In this document: piece by piece, positions 1 to 12,156 of the stretch
Layout of the letters: every line of letters starts with the position of its first letter
Position numbering within the stretch: the first letter of the stretch is position 1
Assembly (NCBI GenBank): GCA_013239625.1
Contig: MU053376.1
Location: 1,846,507 to 1,908,506, forward strand
Reading direction: 5' to 3'
From: Lama guanicoe
Taxonomy: Eukaryota
Length of the DNA: 62,000 nucleotides
Made by a program: the position numbers and the translations under genes
The notes under the pieces: model-generated
What the model was told of the DNA's origin: nothing
The model's database searches: none
What the model saw: the letters and a program-made list of their open reading frames with translations, nothing else

Positions 1-224
1 TTTTTTTTTTCTTTTTCTTTTTCTTTCAGGATTTCTATGGCTTCTTTCTTTCAGAGGCTCAAAGTGCTTTTAGTTCTGTTATTTATTCTCTGTAGGAGCA
101 GGAATTGAAGTGTTGGAGGAGATGAAGTGTTTGCATCACTTACTGGGCTGTTTAGTCCGTGTTATATAGGCAGTCACAGTATGAGTTCTTTTCGTTGTTT
201 CCTGATTTATAGATAGATTGGTAC

Positions 225-286
225 ATATATACACACACAGATATGCGCGAGCATGCACGCACAAATACACACACACGCATATACAT
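225..286. repeat. Mixed (CA)n/(TA)n/(CG)n alternating purine-pyrimidine microsatellite
   Basis: atatatacacacacagatatgcgcgagcatgcacgcacaaatacacacacacgcatatacat is read directly. Confidence 0.8.
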
Positions 287-398
287 CTTACTTTATTTCA
301 AACAAAATGGATGACCATGTCACAGTTTAGTGTCTACTAAAAGAGAATTTTACCTATTAGTACATTTTCCATATTTTAAATATCTTATGCCTCATAAG

Positions 399-428
399 GA
401 AAGAAAAGAAGAAAGAAAGAAAGAAAAG
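399..428. repeat. (GAAA)n purine tract
   Basis: gaaagaaaagaagaaagaaagaaagaaaag. Confidence 0.85.
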
Positions 429-874
429 GCTTTTCGGCTTTTGACTGGAGTTGTTGAACTTATTTGTCCCTTGGTAAGCTGATCAGTTGCCACTTGGATT
501 GAGAGAAGGATGTTCAATCAATCAAAATGCTTCTGCTACACTGGCACGCTTTGTAATGGAAATGAAAACGACAGCATGTTTTTGTCAGTTTAAATGAATA
601 GGTTTCCTTCAGATCAATGCTACAGTTGGTATTAGAGGTAGCTCAGCCTGTGAATGCTGATGATTAATTATGGAAATGCCTGATGGAGGCGCGTGATTTT
701 ACCTCGGCATCTTAGAGATGTATTTATTTCCCTGTTGGTGAAGTGTGTGCCAACGTTGGCATTTCTTTTGAGTATAGGAGTGACCCAGGACACCATCTCT
801 GTGGGGCCTACCAGAGGGCCTGACCCTGTTTTTAGAGACATTTGATTCGATTTGTTTAAAAGATACTAATTTAT

Positions 875-1610
875 TAATTCATTCTTTCCCTCATGCACTC
901 AAAACGTGGTGATGCATGTCCACTGCGTATCAGGCTCTGGTCTGGTTCTAGAGACACAGTTACCAACAAGACAGAGGAACTCGCTGCTTTCATGGAGCTG
1001 TAATCTTAGTGGGAGAAATATGCAGTAAACAGATAAATGGGTCAATTAATAGGGTAGTGTAGGGTAGCCGAGTGTTCTAAAAGAAATAGAAATCAAGCGA
1101 TGGGCTCAAGAGTGGCTAGCAGGGACCAGTGACGGAGGGGAGCTTACTTAACCTGTGTGTCGTCAGGGAACGTCTCTTGGAGGTGATTTCCCAGCTGACT
1201 CTGTAAAGGAAGATCTGGGGGCCAGGGAGCAGCAGGTGCCAGGGTCTAAAGGCGCACAGAGCTGTGTATGTTTGAGGAACAGAAGCAAGGTTTGTGTGGC
1301 CAGAGGTAGAGAGCAAATGGGAAAGGAATATGGAATGAGGTGGGCTAGGCCGGCAGGGTCAGACCACACAGCCGGGAGAGCACGGTCAGGACTCTGCACT
1401 GATTCCAGTGCAGTGGGAGGCCACTGGAGGGCATCCGCTGGGGAGTGGCACATCTGATTAATTTTTTTTAAGGTCACGCTGCTTACTGGGTAGAAAACAG
1501 ATGTTAGCCGGTAAAAAGTGGAAGGAAGGGCACTAGGTGGATTCTTAGCAGTAATCACATGAGAGATGATGGTGGCTCGGACTCGGTGAAAAGCGGACAG
1601 ATGTGAGACT
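875..1610 (-). mobile_element. LINE-2 (L2a-like) 3' portion
   Basis: Starts with the antisense L2 tail (attcatt...cactgcgtatcaggctctgg...gagacacagttaccaacaagacag...catggagct) and continues in recognisable L2 body (ggaggccactggaggg, ggagtggcacatctgatt, gagagatgatggtggct). Confidence 0.8.
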
Positions 1611-2789
1611 TGTTTTCTCTCTCCACCAGGAGAAACCAGAATGAACGGTATTCTTAAAATGGATTTAAAAGGAGCATTTGCAAGGACGAGTGTCAGGAGT
1701 GTAGGTGGAGCTCTGATTCCCAGTAACGCAGGACTCAGGACTCACCTTTCTGCAGGAGTGTGTTGGCACTTAGGTGCATGCTCTGTAGGGTGACCCGGCA
1801 AGCTTGCAGATAAGACCCACGACTCTGCAGGCCCACTTGAACTTCTTTGTAAATCCACTTGAACTTATCTGGAACAGTTTCAAGCTTTAGTTCTCTATTT
1901 GCCTGAGGCCAGGCAGAAAACCAGCTATTGGGTGTGATTTCTTGTCCGGGGCTGGGCTGAAGACATCTCTTCCACTATTAGCTTTACCTGTTTACAGCGG
2001 TCTCCTCCCTCACCTTACTCAAAAGTGCTCGTTGTTTATTTACACTTTAGTGTGAGATTACATTTGTTACCGGAAGAGGTTCTGATGAGGGTCTGAGATT
2101 ACTAGATGCCAAATTAGGCAAAGAGAGCATCTTTCGGGACAGTGACCCTAGATACGTGGCTAGAACCAGAAGGTTGAGGCACCTGCAATTGAACCTGCTT
2201 AACAATTTTGCTTAGCCTTGAACTCTTGTCCTCTCAGAGAATGAGGTTTGTAATTTTCATAATGAAGGAGTTGGATTCGATGATCTCAGTCCCTTTTAGC
2301 TAATTTTAGCTGAGTAGGCTTGTACCTAACTGCCTAGGCTTCTGAGTTTTTTTCCTTTTTGTCCTTCTATGAGGAGATCGTGTGTTTTCTTTCCTTTTCC
2401 TCTACGTGCAAGCGCTCTCTGTGTGTAAAATGCTAACTCCCTAATTTCCCCAGGAAGGGAAGAGAGCAGGCTTCCAGAATAGTATTTGCCGTGGTGTCTG
2501 CATTCTGGTCGGGCGGCCGTGCTTGGTGGCTGTGCTCCGTGTTGGGGTGCTTATCTGTGCGAACCAGAAGGGCCTCTGTGCTCACAGGGAGTGACCTTTA
2601 CATGGTGAAGAGGTGGGCAAGCGGAAAGAATACTCAGGTCAAGGTTTTCCAGAGGGAAGGTTTTCAAACCATCGGCTATTAAGTAGAACAGAATTTCCCT
2701 CCACACCTGAAAAATCAGGAAATAAACAGCAAGGAGGTCCTGAGTGTTGAGGAACAAACATAATTACAGTTACCTCATAATGGCTTAGC

Positions 2790-2950
2790 CTTTGTGCTTT
2801 TTGAAATTATGTTCCCATATATGATCTCATGTGTGGTAAAGCAGGGCAGAAATTATTAACTCCATTTAATAGCTGGGGAAAGTGAAGTATTAGGTAAGCT
2901 AAGTGACTTGTCCAAGGTCCCATAAGGGTTGAATTAGGATTTAGAATGCA
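2790..2950 (-). mobile_element. MIR SINE, interrupted by L1 insertions; remainder at about 3945-3980
   Basis: Antisense MIR core: ctccatttaatagctggggaaagtgaag...aagtgacttgtccaaggtccca...ggatttagaa. Confidence 0.7.
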
Positions 2951-2957
2951 GATTTTT

Positions 2958-3740
2958 AAATGCTGGAGAGGGTGTGGAGAAAAGGGAACCCTCCTACACT
3001 GTTGGTGGGAATGCAGTTTGGTGCAGCCATTATGGAAAACAGTATTGGAGAGTCCTCAAAAGACTAAAAATAGACTTAAAATATGACCCAGCAATCCCAC
3101 TCCTGGGCATATATCCAGAGGGAACCCTAACTCAAAAAGACACCTGCACCCCAATATTCATAGCAGCACTATTTACAATAACCAAGACATGGAAACAACC
3201 TAAATGTCCATCAACAGATGACTAGATGAAGAAGTTGTGGTATATTAGTTGTGGTATTACCATGGAATACTACTCAGCCATAAGAAATGATAAAATAATG
3301 CCATTTGCAGCAACATGGATGGCCCTGGAGAATGTCATTCTAAATGAAGTAAGCCAGAAAGAGAAAAAAAAAATGCCATATGATATCACTCATATGTGGA
3401 ATCCCCCAAAAAAAAAAAAAGACAAATGAACTTATATATAAAACAGAAACAGACTCACAAACATAGAATACAGACTTGTGGTTGCCAGAGGGGACGGGGA
3501 TGGGAAGGGATAAACTGGGAGTTCGAGATTTGCAGATACTGACTGGTATATATGAAAGAGATAGCAAGTTTATACTGTAGAGCACAGGGAAATATATTCA
3601 ATATCTTGTAGTAGCTTATGGTGAAAAAGAATATGAAAATGAATATATGTGTATTCATATATGACTGAAGCATTGTGCTGTACACCAGAAATTGGCACAA
3701 CATTGTAAACTGACTATACCTCAATAAAAAAAGATATGTG
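2958..3740 (+). mobile_element. Young 5'-truncated LINE-1 (camelid-type): ORF2 C-terminus, 3' UTR and A tail
   Basis: ORF 2974-3225 encodes the L1 ORF2 C-terminal motif ([12 protein letters not shown]...CTPIFIAALFTITKTWKQPKCPS). G-rich 3' UTR tract at 3490-3509, AATAAA tail. Perfect 14-bp TSD GAATGCAGATTTTT at 2944-2957 and 3741-3754. Confidence 0.95.
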
Positions 3741-3754
3741 GAATGCAGATTTTT

Positions 3755-3935
3755 TTCTTTTTAAAACAGGTTTGCAATTTATATACTAGAAAATGCATCC
3801 GTTTAAAACCTGGAGTTCAGTGAGTTTTGACAAGTGGACACAATTGCGTAACAACAGTCATAATCAATGTATTGAGCATTTCTGTATCCCAAAAAGTTCC
3901 CTCCTGCTCCTTTGCACTATTTGATCTCTCCCCAC
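3755..3935 (-). mobile_element. Old L1M (L1MB/L1MC-like) 3' end
   Basis: T tract followed by aaaatgcatccgtttaa...tgagttttgacaagt...cccaaaaagttccctc, a typical antisense L1MB/MC 3' UTR. Confidence 0.75.
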
Positions 3936-6189
3936 CCAAAATCTTTTGATATCTAACCCAGTGCTCTCTTCACTATTCCAAACTCCGATTTGACAGTCTT
4001 TTCAGCTCTATCCTGCTGCAGAGAATCCAGGCTGGCAGTGGGCTAGCCTCCTTGTGTTGTGTTATGAGAGTGAATGGGAAGCCAGTGGGTTGGTTACTCC
4101 ATTGTTGGTCCCTTCCTTTCCTTTGACCAGCTCCAGGCTACAGAAAGTTAATGTGGGTTTCTTCTCAGGAGAGCTTGAAGAACAGGACTCCCACTCACCT
4201 GTCTGTACTGGCTTCCCTGTAGTCTGCAGTAGGGTGAGGGCGATGGGGTGGTGGAGGAGATGACCTCTAGAGGATGCCCGGGACTCCTGGATCGTCCCTT
4301 CAGTCTCCTCCATGGAAACCAGCTCGGCTGCTTAGTTGCAGTTCCCCAAGGCCTTAGCAGTCTGAATCCCATATCTGATGAATGAATCCCCAAAGGTATT
4401 GAAGATCCCAGCTCTGAAAAATGAGCAAACCGTGAATTTCATAGCTATGCAGGGCAGGTCTGGGAGAGAGCTCTCCCTTTGCACCTGAGTTAGGTTAAGA
4501 GGAGAGACACTTCCCGATATGCTGTTCCCGAGTCCTGGATTTTGTCCAGAGTCTCTGGCACTTTCCAGAGGGTCTGGGTGTCTGGCCAGGTGCTCCGTGG
4601 AGTTGCTGTGTGACATCAGCAAAGGAAGGGAAGGGGACTGACTGCTCCTTTTTCTAGCTGGCATTGCCTCCAGAGCAGCAGGATGTGAGATGGTACCCTA
4701 CTAGCTGAACCCCTAGAATGGCCACAGTGGATGATCCAGAATGCAGTCTCTGCTTTTCTAGGTGACATTGCTCCCATTTCGCCACCTAGTTTGAGGACAG
4801 CCCGTGTGCCATTAGCAATGATGATAATTCCTTCTTTTCATTTGTTTTGGGCTGCATGAGTTTACAGGGCCCTTTCCTATCCATTTTCTCCTTGTTCTTC
4901 TAGTACCTTCTATTCATGTAAAAGCCCCATCTCATGTGATTAGGACAGCTGCAAGGACAAAACAGACTCTGATTTCTCCCCTGCAAAAGCTCAGCTTAAA
5001 TCTGGGGCTCTGCAGGACTGATTTTCTTCTAGTTATCTTTGCAAATTTCTCTGGCTTTGCTGGAGGGGGAGAGAAAGTCACCAGGCTGCATGCTTGAGCT
5101 TCAGGTTTCTCCTTAGTTGGCAACCCCCGCCAGAAAAAAAAATTCTTCTTTAAAGAATTAACCCTCAGGCACAGGTTTTGCCTTGTACACCCATATGTTT
5201 AGCTCTCAACAGCTGGTGGCCGTCTCTCACCTCCATCTTTAGTTTGCTGCCTGCTTCAGCTCAGTGAGTCCCTGGTGTTGACTCCTTGACCTCGCTGCCC
5301 TCCTGCAGGGGCCTCTTGTACTATGTGGGCTTAGAAAACAGTGGGCTTCCTGTGTTTTGTCTACCAGCAAAGCTGGGTACCCGAAGGCCCCTGTGGCCAA
5401 CGCCATGTGGCTGACTCCAGTGTGCTGTGGGAAGACAGTGTTAGAACAAAGACTTAGTTGAGAGCCCCCAGTGTGTCCATTTGACATGGCTGCACAGAGA
5501 TGGGGTCAAAGGGCTGCTCACGTCTGCAGAGAGAGGGACAGTTCCAATTTTGCAGAGGTTGCAGGCCGGAGCGATGCTGTCTTTTGCATTTCCCGTTGGA
5601 GTCAGGTTTCCGAAGGTCCATGAAGGTTTCATTCCTTTCCATGTCCCAAGAGAGCTTTCCATAGCGGTGAAAGAAATACAGGAAATAGGTAGGATTACAG
5701 ATGGCCAAAAAGGGTGGCAAAGAAACAAAAAGAGAGTCTTTTAAAAGGAAAACTTTTTGGAGATGCTCCGTGGGTGCTGTTGGTCACCTGGGGACAGATG
5801 TTGGATTTAGTTGACAATTCCCATCTCCCTCTTAGGCTTCATGTATACACTCGTTTGGGAACTAGGGAGGGGAATAATACCCTCCCCAAGGATGTGTGGC
5901 TGAGCTCCCCATCCCCAGGACCAAACCGAGCTGCCGCCGCTGGGAAGCAGATTGGCTCAGCTCTCCCCAAAGAGCTCAGAGCTGTGTTGTTATTTCCTGT
6001 TTTTCCCCTCGTACTTTCCTCTGTGTAGCTGGAATCTTCCCTTTCCACAGGAAGTCTCAGCTTTACCTAGGCCTGGATGGACTCTGCCTCTTCCTTTTTC
6101 CCTTGTCAGCCTAATCACTTCGTATTCATAGATTCCCTCGGAGGCAAGAAGGGTTTTGTTCACCTGCCTTTTAGAAGGGCTGCACCCTA

Positions 6190-6370
6190 CCAAGACAGAT
6201 GGCGGCCTAGCCTATTTTTAACTGTCTCCAGGGAAGAAGATTCCACAACCTATTTTGAAATCTGTTCCGCTGATTGACAGCTCTCAAATTAGGAATTTCT
6301 TGCTGATACCTGACTTACAATTTGACAGCTGTAATTGAACTCATTTCCTTTTATTCCTTTGCAAGGAGTA
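6190..6370 (-). mobile_element. L3/CR1 LINE fragment
   Basis: gaagattccacaacc...ctgttccgctgattgacagctctcaaattaggaatttcttgctgatacctgac resembles the antisense CR1/L3 ORF2 3' region. Confidence 0.6.
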
Positions 6371-8279
6371 GGATCTTCTAGGTCATCAGGGCCGACCCAT
6401 AATGAAGAAAATGAGCCCCACAGATTTCCTGACTCTGAATTGAAATGGAAAATCGCTTCTTATCCTCTCATTGCCGATCCCATCCTTCTGGGGCTCTGCT
6501 TTTGAAAGCACACGTTTGGGTGCCATTCTGTGAGAATCAATTTAATTTTCTGGGGGGAAAACAAGTAATTCTGGAGTTGGAATTGGAGATGTAGAATGCA
6601 AGGCATTAACTGCCTTCCTCTATTTGGTTTCTAGTGAGAAAGTTAAATGATGCTTATAGAATTACCTTGCCTCTGTTGGCAGAGAGAATAAAAATAAACT
6701 CAGCTCTCAATATACAAAGGCTTCCCCAGTTCTTTTCCCTCCTCTCACACCAATCCCTTGTCTTGAAAGAAAAAAAAAAGGGTTGGTATTTTTCTCTCCT
6801 CCGTCAATGGGATCCTCTATATGTTAAATATCTCTTTTAAAAATATTTTTACAGGACTGAAACTCTGCAGCCTCCCTCACTTGGTTTTCTGCTACTACAG
6901 ACTTCTCTTGACACAAGGCCCCGAGTTGCCTCCCTTGACAGATTGCATCTTGATGGCATAAAGCTCTGGTGGGACGCTAATGATGCCAGTTCAGTTTCAG
7001 TGCCTGGAATCTTGTTATGTGGGATAGAAATCCTGCGTTCTATGCAAATCAACAGAAACATGTTAGACTGACTATCAAGGGATCTTGTGAAGGGATCTCA
7101 CTTCTCCTTGATAGTTAGTACTTGTGTCTTTTCTCAAAAAAACATCACCCGAGACATTGCAGATGTGGCATCACGTGTCAGGTTGGAACATCAGATGCTT
7201 AAATCAACCAGTAGGCTGTGTCCAGAACTGTGACCAAAGCTGAAGTGGCACTTGGAGCACCCCTCATCTTTTGGTCCATGCTTCATATTACAAGTAGTGA
7301 GTGTGCAGCTCATGCTTACAAGGGTTAGCATCTCAGTCTCTGGAAATAACGGCTAAAATTCAATATTCCATCCACACTTTGTCTGTTTGAGAGACACTGA
7401 ATGGGTCTATTTTATAAAATCCCAGGCCAGCCTTCTCTGCTACCTAGTTAGATTGGACCAAGGGAATATAAAGTCATTTTGCTATCAACCTAGGAGAAAC
7501 AGGCAGATACAGTGGGGACACCCTCTCAATCTGGAGGAGTTGCAGCAGTTGGACCAGTAGTTGGTCAGTCCGTCCTCCAAGTCAGTTACAACAGAGAATC
7601 TTTAAAAAACAGCAACGGAAAAGGTACAGTCCCTAAGCATTTTATTTAAACTTAAAATATATATAAATGTACCTTCACAAATCTTTGATGTGGGCCTGGG
7701 CTTTTTAGAGTGAGGGTCTTCTGAGAAGAGTTCGTTGACTTCTCTTTCATTAACTACACCCTTAACATGTCATCTGTGATTTCTCGTTTCACTTTCTTTC
7801 AGCGAAGTGAATTCTTTAATACATTTGAGAAATAAAATGTATAATATTTCTAGACTTTTCAGCTCTACCATTACAATTTTTTAACCATTGTCTTGCCCAC
7901 ATCTAGTTCCTCAGCAGTTTTTTTTTAGCAACTTGCCTTCATCAAGTCTTTCCAAAGTATTTAATTTATTTTTCACAAACATGCCTTCTTTTGTACTCAT
8001 ATTTAATCAGTTTATATAATAATACATCACTAAAATAATAAGTAAAACTATTATGAACAGATTGCTGACCTTGGAGAAACACCTAGCCTGGCTGATGGAG
8101 CAGAAGGGAGCAGATACACACAAGAAAAGACCCACTAACAACTCAGCCAGTGTAGCGCAGAGAGTAAAGTATGGCAGATAAGCTGGCAGGCTGTTAAGAA
8201 AGCTTTGTCTGTATTTGTTTTTCTCCTTTTTGCATCTATTGCTTACTATAAGGAGTTTTTATCTTAGTACCTATAATTG

Positions 8280-8410
8280 TAATTCCTCTGTTAGACTATA
8301 AGCTTCCGGTGGACAGGGCCCACGTCTTATTTATCTGTGCACTTCTAGTGCCTAATATAGTGCCTGACCCATTGCAGATGCTTAAAAGTGTAAATGGCCT
8401 TACTGATTCT
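8280..8410 (+). mobile_element. L2 3' end
   Basis: ttagactataagcttccggtggacagggcc...tctagtgcctaatatagtgcctgaccca. Confidence 0.75.
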
Positions 8411-8704
8411 GTGTATGTGTGTATGTGTATATATACACATGCAGATTTAGTGCAGTGCTGTGCTCACAGTTGGTGCCAGGCAGCTGTTTCTGAGTAAATG
8501 GGTCTGTGTGTGTATCACTGCACATAATGTCCTCAAGACCCAAATAGGGCCGTTTAGAATACTGTTGTTTAGATTTTTTGGCCATCATCGTTCCTTCTGT
8601 TTGCAAGAGAAACTGAAATTGACCGTGGAGCATTTACACTTGGGTTAGAATGACTTGTCTTTTAGGAAGGTCCTTTCTTGATAATAACTATACTTCATTC
8701 TTAG

Positions 8705-8835
8705 AATAATAAAAATAGTATCAATAATAACTGACATTTGCTGAGTGCATATTACGTGCCAGGCACTGGGCTAAGTCTGTGTTATCTCAGTTAATCCCCT
8801 TCTTATTCCTACTTACAGATGAGCAAGCTTTGGGG
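8705..8835 (-). mobile_element. MIR fragment
   Basis: aataataactgacatttgctgagtgcatattacgtgccaggcactgggctaag...ttacagatgag. Confidence 0.75.
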
Positions 8836-10329
8836 GCCGGCAAGGATATGGAAGAAGGTCGAATCTGGGAACAGCTGGGTGACGAGTGCAGTTTGTTTTC
8901 AGAGTGCTGCTTCTCAGAGGTTGTGGGTCCTTCTAGGTGGGGTGAGAGGACCCCTTGGATCTAAAGAGATGGCCTAGAGGGAGAAGCTGTACTGGCTTTT
9001 GTCTCTCTGGGAACCAGGGTAGGCACTTTCTGGACTCCGGAGAATAAAAAAGCTCCTTGTGACTGAGTGTTGCGTGAGTGTTTGAACAGCTCCTGGCAGG
9101 TGGTAAGGAAAAGCCAAGGTGGCAGTGAGAACAAGCTACTGTGGGACATTGGATCCTGCCTGTCCCTTTCCTCCCACGCCTCTCACTTGTCAGAGGGCCC
9201 TTCTGAACCCCTCCTGCTCCACTGGTCTGGATGTGTGTGAACAAGATGCTTGCAGGTGCCAATACAAACAGCAGTGTGGGTCCCGGGAGCCTGGGCTGGG
9301 AGCCGGGCAGAGGGTGGCAGGGAGTGGGGGCGGTGCTCCATTTATGAGCAGTGATGATGGAAGTAATTTTCCTAGCTGTTGGCATGAGATTGGTTCTGTG
9401 CTGAATTTAAGAGAGAGGTAGGGTCTTGGGTCTGTCCACACTTTCGGGACCTGACAGATACCATAACTCTCATCTTCACAAATTCACTCACAGACAGAAA
9501 TGAATCTTAAAAAGTGCTAGTCTGTGGGCCTGTTGGTCAGGAGGGCGAGAAAAGGGACAGAGGGAAAAACAAACAAAATGCCCGTGGGCTGGCAAACAGG
9601 CCTTTCTTCTCAAGGCTACAACAGTATGTTGGACTCATCCTTTTTTTTTTTGGTTGGAAGGAGATAGCATTTGGAGGTCACCTTCTCTAGTCCCCCTTCT
9701 CAAAAGAAAAACTGTAGCTGATTTTGTGGTTGGCTTTAAATTAATATAAAGACCCCCTGGCCTGGAATTGAAATAAAAGGATTCTTGATGTATTTTTCAG
9801 CCAAAGGGCTTTATGCTGCTCTGTGGCCATTTTTTTCTACTTGTCTGCAGCAATCACAGTTTTTGATAGATGCCTTGACAAGAATGTAGGTTCTGATTGA
9901 GGAGAGTGATATTACTTATTAGCAAGGCTGATTTCATGTTAGAATGAATTGTCTGGATCCTTTTTGGATTCCTTTCTGTTCCTTGAAAAGAAAGACATTG
10001 ACTGGTCTTGGCAGTCTCTGGGTCTTATTCTCAGTTGGATACAGCTGGCTAATTCAGAAATTCTAGAGTAGGGAGAGGATGTTGCATGGTGTGGGTCAGG
10101 TCTATGGAAATGTGCCGCCCCCATCATGGTGGAAGACTTCTCCAGTTTGGCTTTGAGCTCGCAGAGCTGGTTTCCTGAAACACCAGCATCCCAGCCACAC
10201 ATGTAAGCAGAAATTGTTCACACCTAGGTCATATCTGGATGTCACTCTTCTTTAGTTTCATAGCTGGTTTCTGCTTTCCTAAGACAGGATGAAGTCATAT
10301 AGCCCTCACAAAACCACTAGCCTTAAAAG

Positions 10330-10502
10330 CTCCCTCAAACATAATCATCACAAGAGTCTTGGGAGGTGGCTGTTATTATCCCCATTTTACAGAGAGGAAG
10401 TTGAGGCTCAGAGAAATTAAGTAACATGCCCAAGATCACAGAGATTAAGGAGCTGAGATCCAGGATTCCAAAGTCTGACTTAAAGCCTGTGCTTTTCCCA
10501 CA
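10330..10502 (-). mobile_element. MIR
   Basis: ttattatccccattttacagagaggaagttgaggctcagagaaattaagtaacatgcccaagatcaca, the MIR core. Confidence 0.85.
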
Positions 10503-11827
10503 GGTCTTCTGAACTTGACCTCAACCCTTTGCCATTTATCTTGCCTCTTGCATTCCATGGAAATAAATGAACTCAAATGGATTTAAGACAGAAAAAGAGA
10601 AACCTAACTGTGAGCTTGCAGGGCACCCTCGCTGTCAGATGGGAGCAGCCAGCCCTGTCATTTTTGTTTATGCTGCTGATGGCCACTGGGTAGAAATAAG
10701 GATGCTGCACAGAGGAGAGAAACTAGACGTGGCTTCCTGTGATTTACATAATAAAATAAGAACCTCCCCAGTGGCCCTTTCCTGTCTTCTAGTGGCTGTG
10801 ATGGAGTGCACCACCCTGGGGAACAGCCTCACTTAAGGGCCTCCCTGGGGTTGTCAGGCCCACAAAGGGGTCTTAGGATCAAATGTGCAGTTAAATTGAT
10901 GAGATCAATTCATTAGGATAAAGACTTCCTCTACTTCCAAAGCAGTGTGGTGCTCCGGCCAGTCTCTCTCATTTAGAAGTGAAATGTACGGATAAAAGAT
11001 TTCATATTGGGGAGAGATCTGTCTGCCCTTTTCCAGAGCTTTGATTATTTGGCGAGAGGGAAAGACTTCTTGAGCCTACATCAAAATATTCAGCTTTGAA
11101 AGGTGAATTTTTTTGAGGCTAGTTTACTACCTGCCGTTTCTTTCAGAAGTGGTTGCTCTGTAGGTTTAAAAGGTGACTTTTTGAAGTTTGGGGGTAGTTT
11201 TACAGACCTTGTGTGTGTTTGTGTTTTACCTCCTTCAACTCTGACCGCGTGGCCATCGGCCTAATGTCTTCCCTCATCTTGATCCTTTAATTCAACATTT
11301 AATTGCCTGTTTTGGTGCCCATATGAATTAGATTTTTTTGTCTTTTTCTGAACTCATAAAAGACATTCCATCCCCCAGAGGGAATCATACTCTCCCACCC
11401 CCTCCAGTGAATACTCCTTTCCAGAAGACAGGTGGAAAGTGGTTTGGGTTCGTCCCCTTTGCTTTTTAGTTCATAAAGCACCTTTTTTTTCCTTTGCTCT
11501 TAATGGTCTTGAACTTGTAAAGTAAGGACAATCCATTGAAATCAAAAGATGTTAAATTGAGAGAGAAAAAGATGCTGCCACACTCCCAGCTAGAGGCAGA
11601 CTTTTTAATCTGCAACTTCAGACTTAATTTGATTATAAAGTGCAGTGCCCTCTCTTCTTTTTTTTTTTTTTCTTCCTTCCTTCTAGTTCTATAATCAGGA
11701 GTCTGCTTTCTCTTTCTAGTGCTATAATTTGTAGTCTGGTCTAAAATATAAGAACCTTTAAGTTCTTAGCAGAAACACTACTGCTTACTTGCTTCATTTT
11801 ATAGAGATGCCACGCTGCCTGTAAAAG

Positions 11828-12005
11828 TCATTCAGTCATTCAACAAACACCACTGAGCACTGACTACATGTAAGGACTGTGCTGGATGCCAGGGATTCAA
11901 AGACAGAGAAAACACACTTCCTGCCCCCGAGCGTGTATCACCTGATTGTGAGCAACCAGACAAATTCCGTGTGAGGAATGTTGTAGTTGAGCTATATGCA
12001 GAGTT
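11828..12005 (-). mobile_element. L2 3' end
   Basis: tcattcagtcattcaacaaacaccactgagcactgactacatgtaaggactgtgctggatgccaggga. Confidence 0.8.
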
Positions 12006-12049
12006 CTGATTTTGTACTTGTCTATATAGAGTAACTGTTTCTATCTTGT

Positions 12050-12156
12050 GTTCTGTTTGCTTGTTCACTTGTTTGTCCCTCTGTGAGCTCTTGAGGGCCA
12101 GGAATGGATATGGACATGGAAATGGATCCGGATATGGAACGGATGAGTGGAAGGAT
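12050..12156 (+). mobile_element. L2 3' remnant ending in a degenerate (ATGGAN)n hexamer repeat
   Basis: ctgtgagctcttgagggccagga, then atggatatggacatggaaatggatccggatatggaacggatg. Confidence 0.55.

Noticed and set aside
2974..3429. ORFs of 83 and 67 aa with clear protein homology
   Set aside because: They are the broken C-terminus of L1 ORF2 in a truncated insertion, not a host gene.
4779..4793. CTCF-like CGCCACCTAGT
   Set aside because: Lacks the conserved terminal GG of the core motif; too weak without ChIP data.
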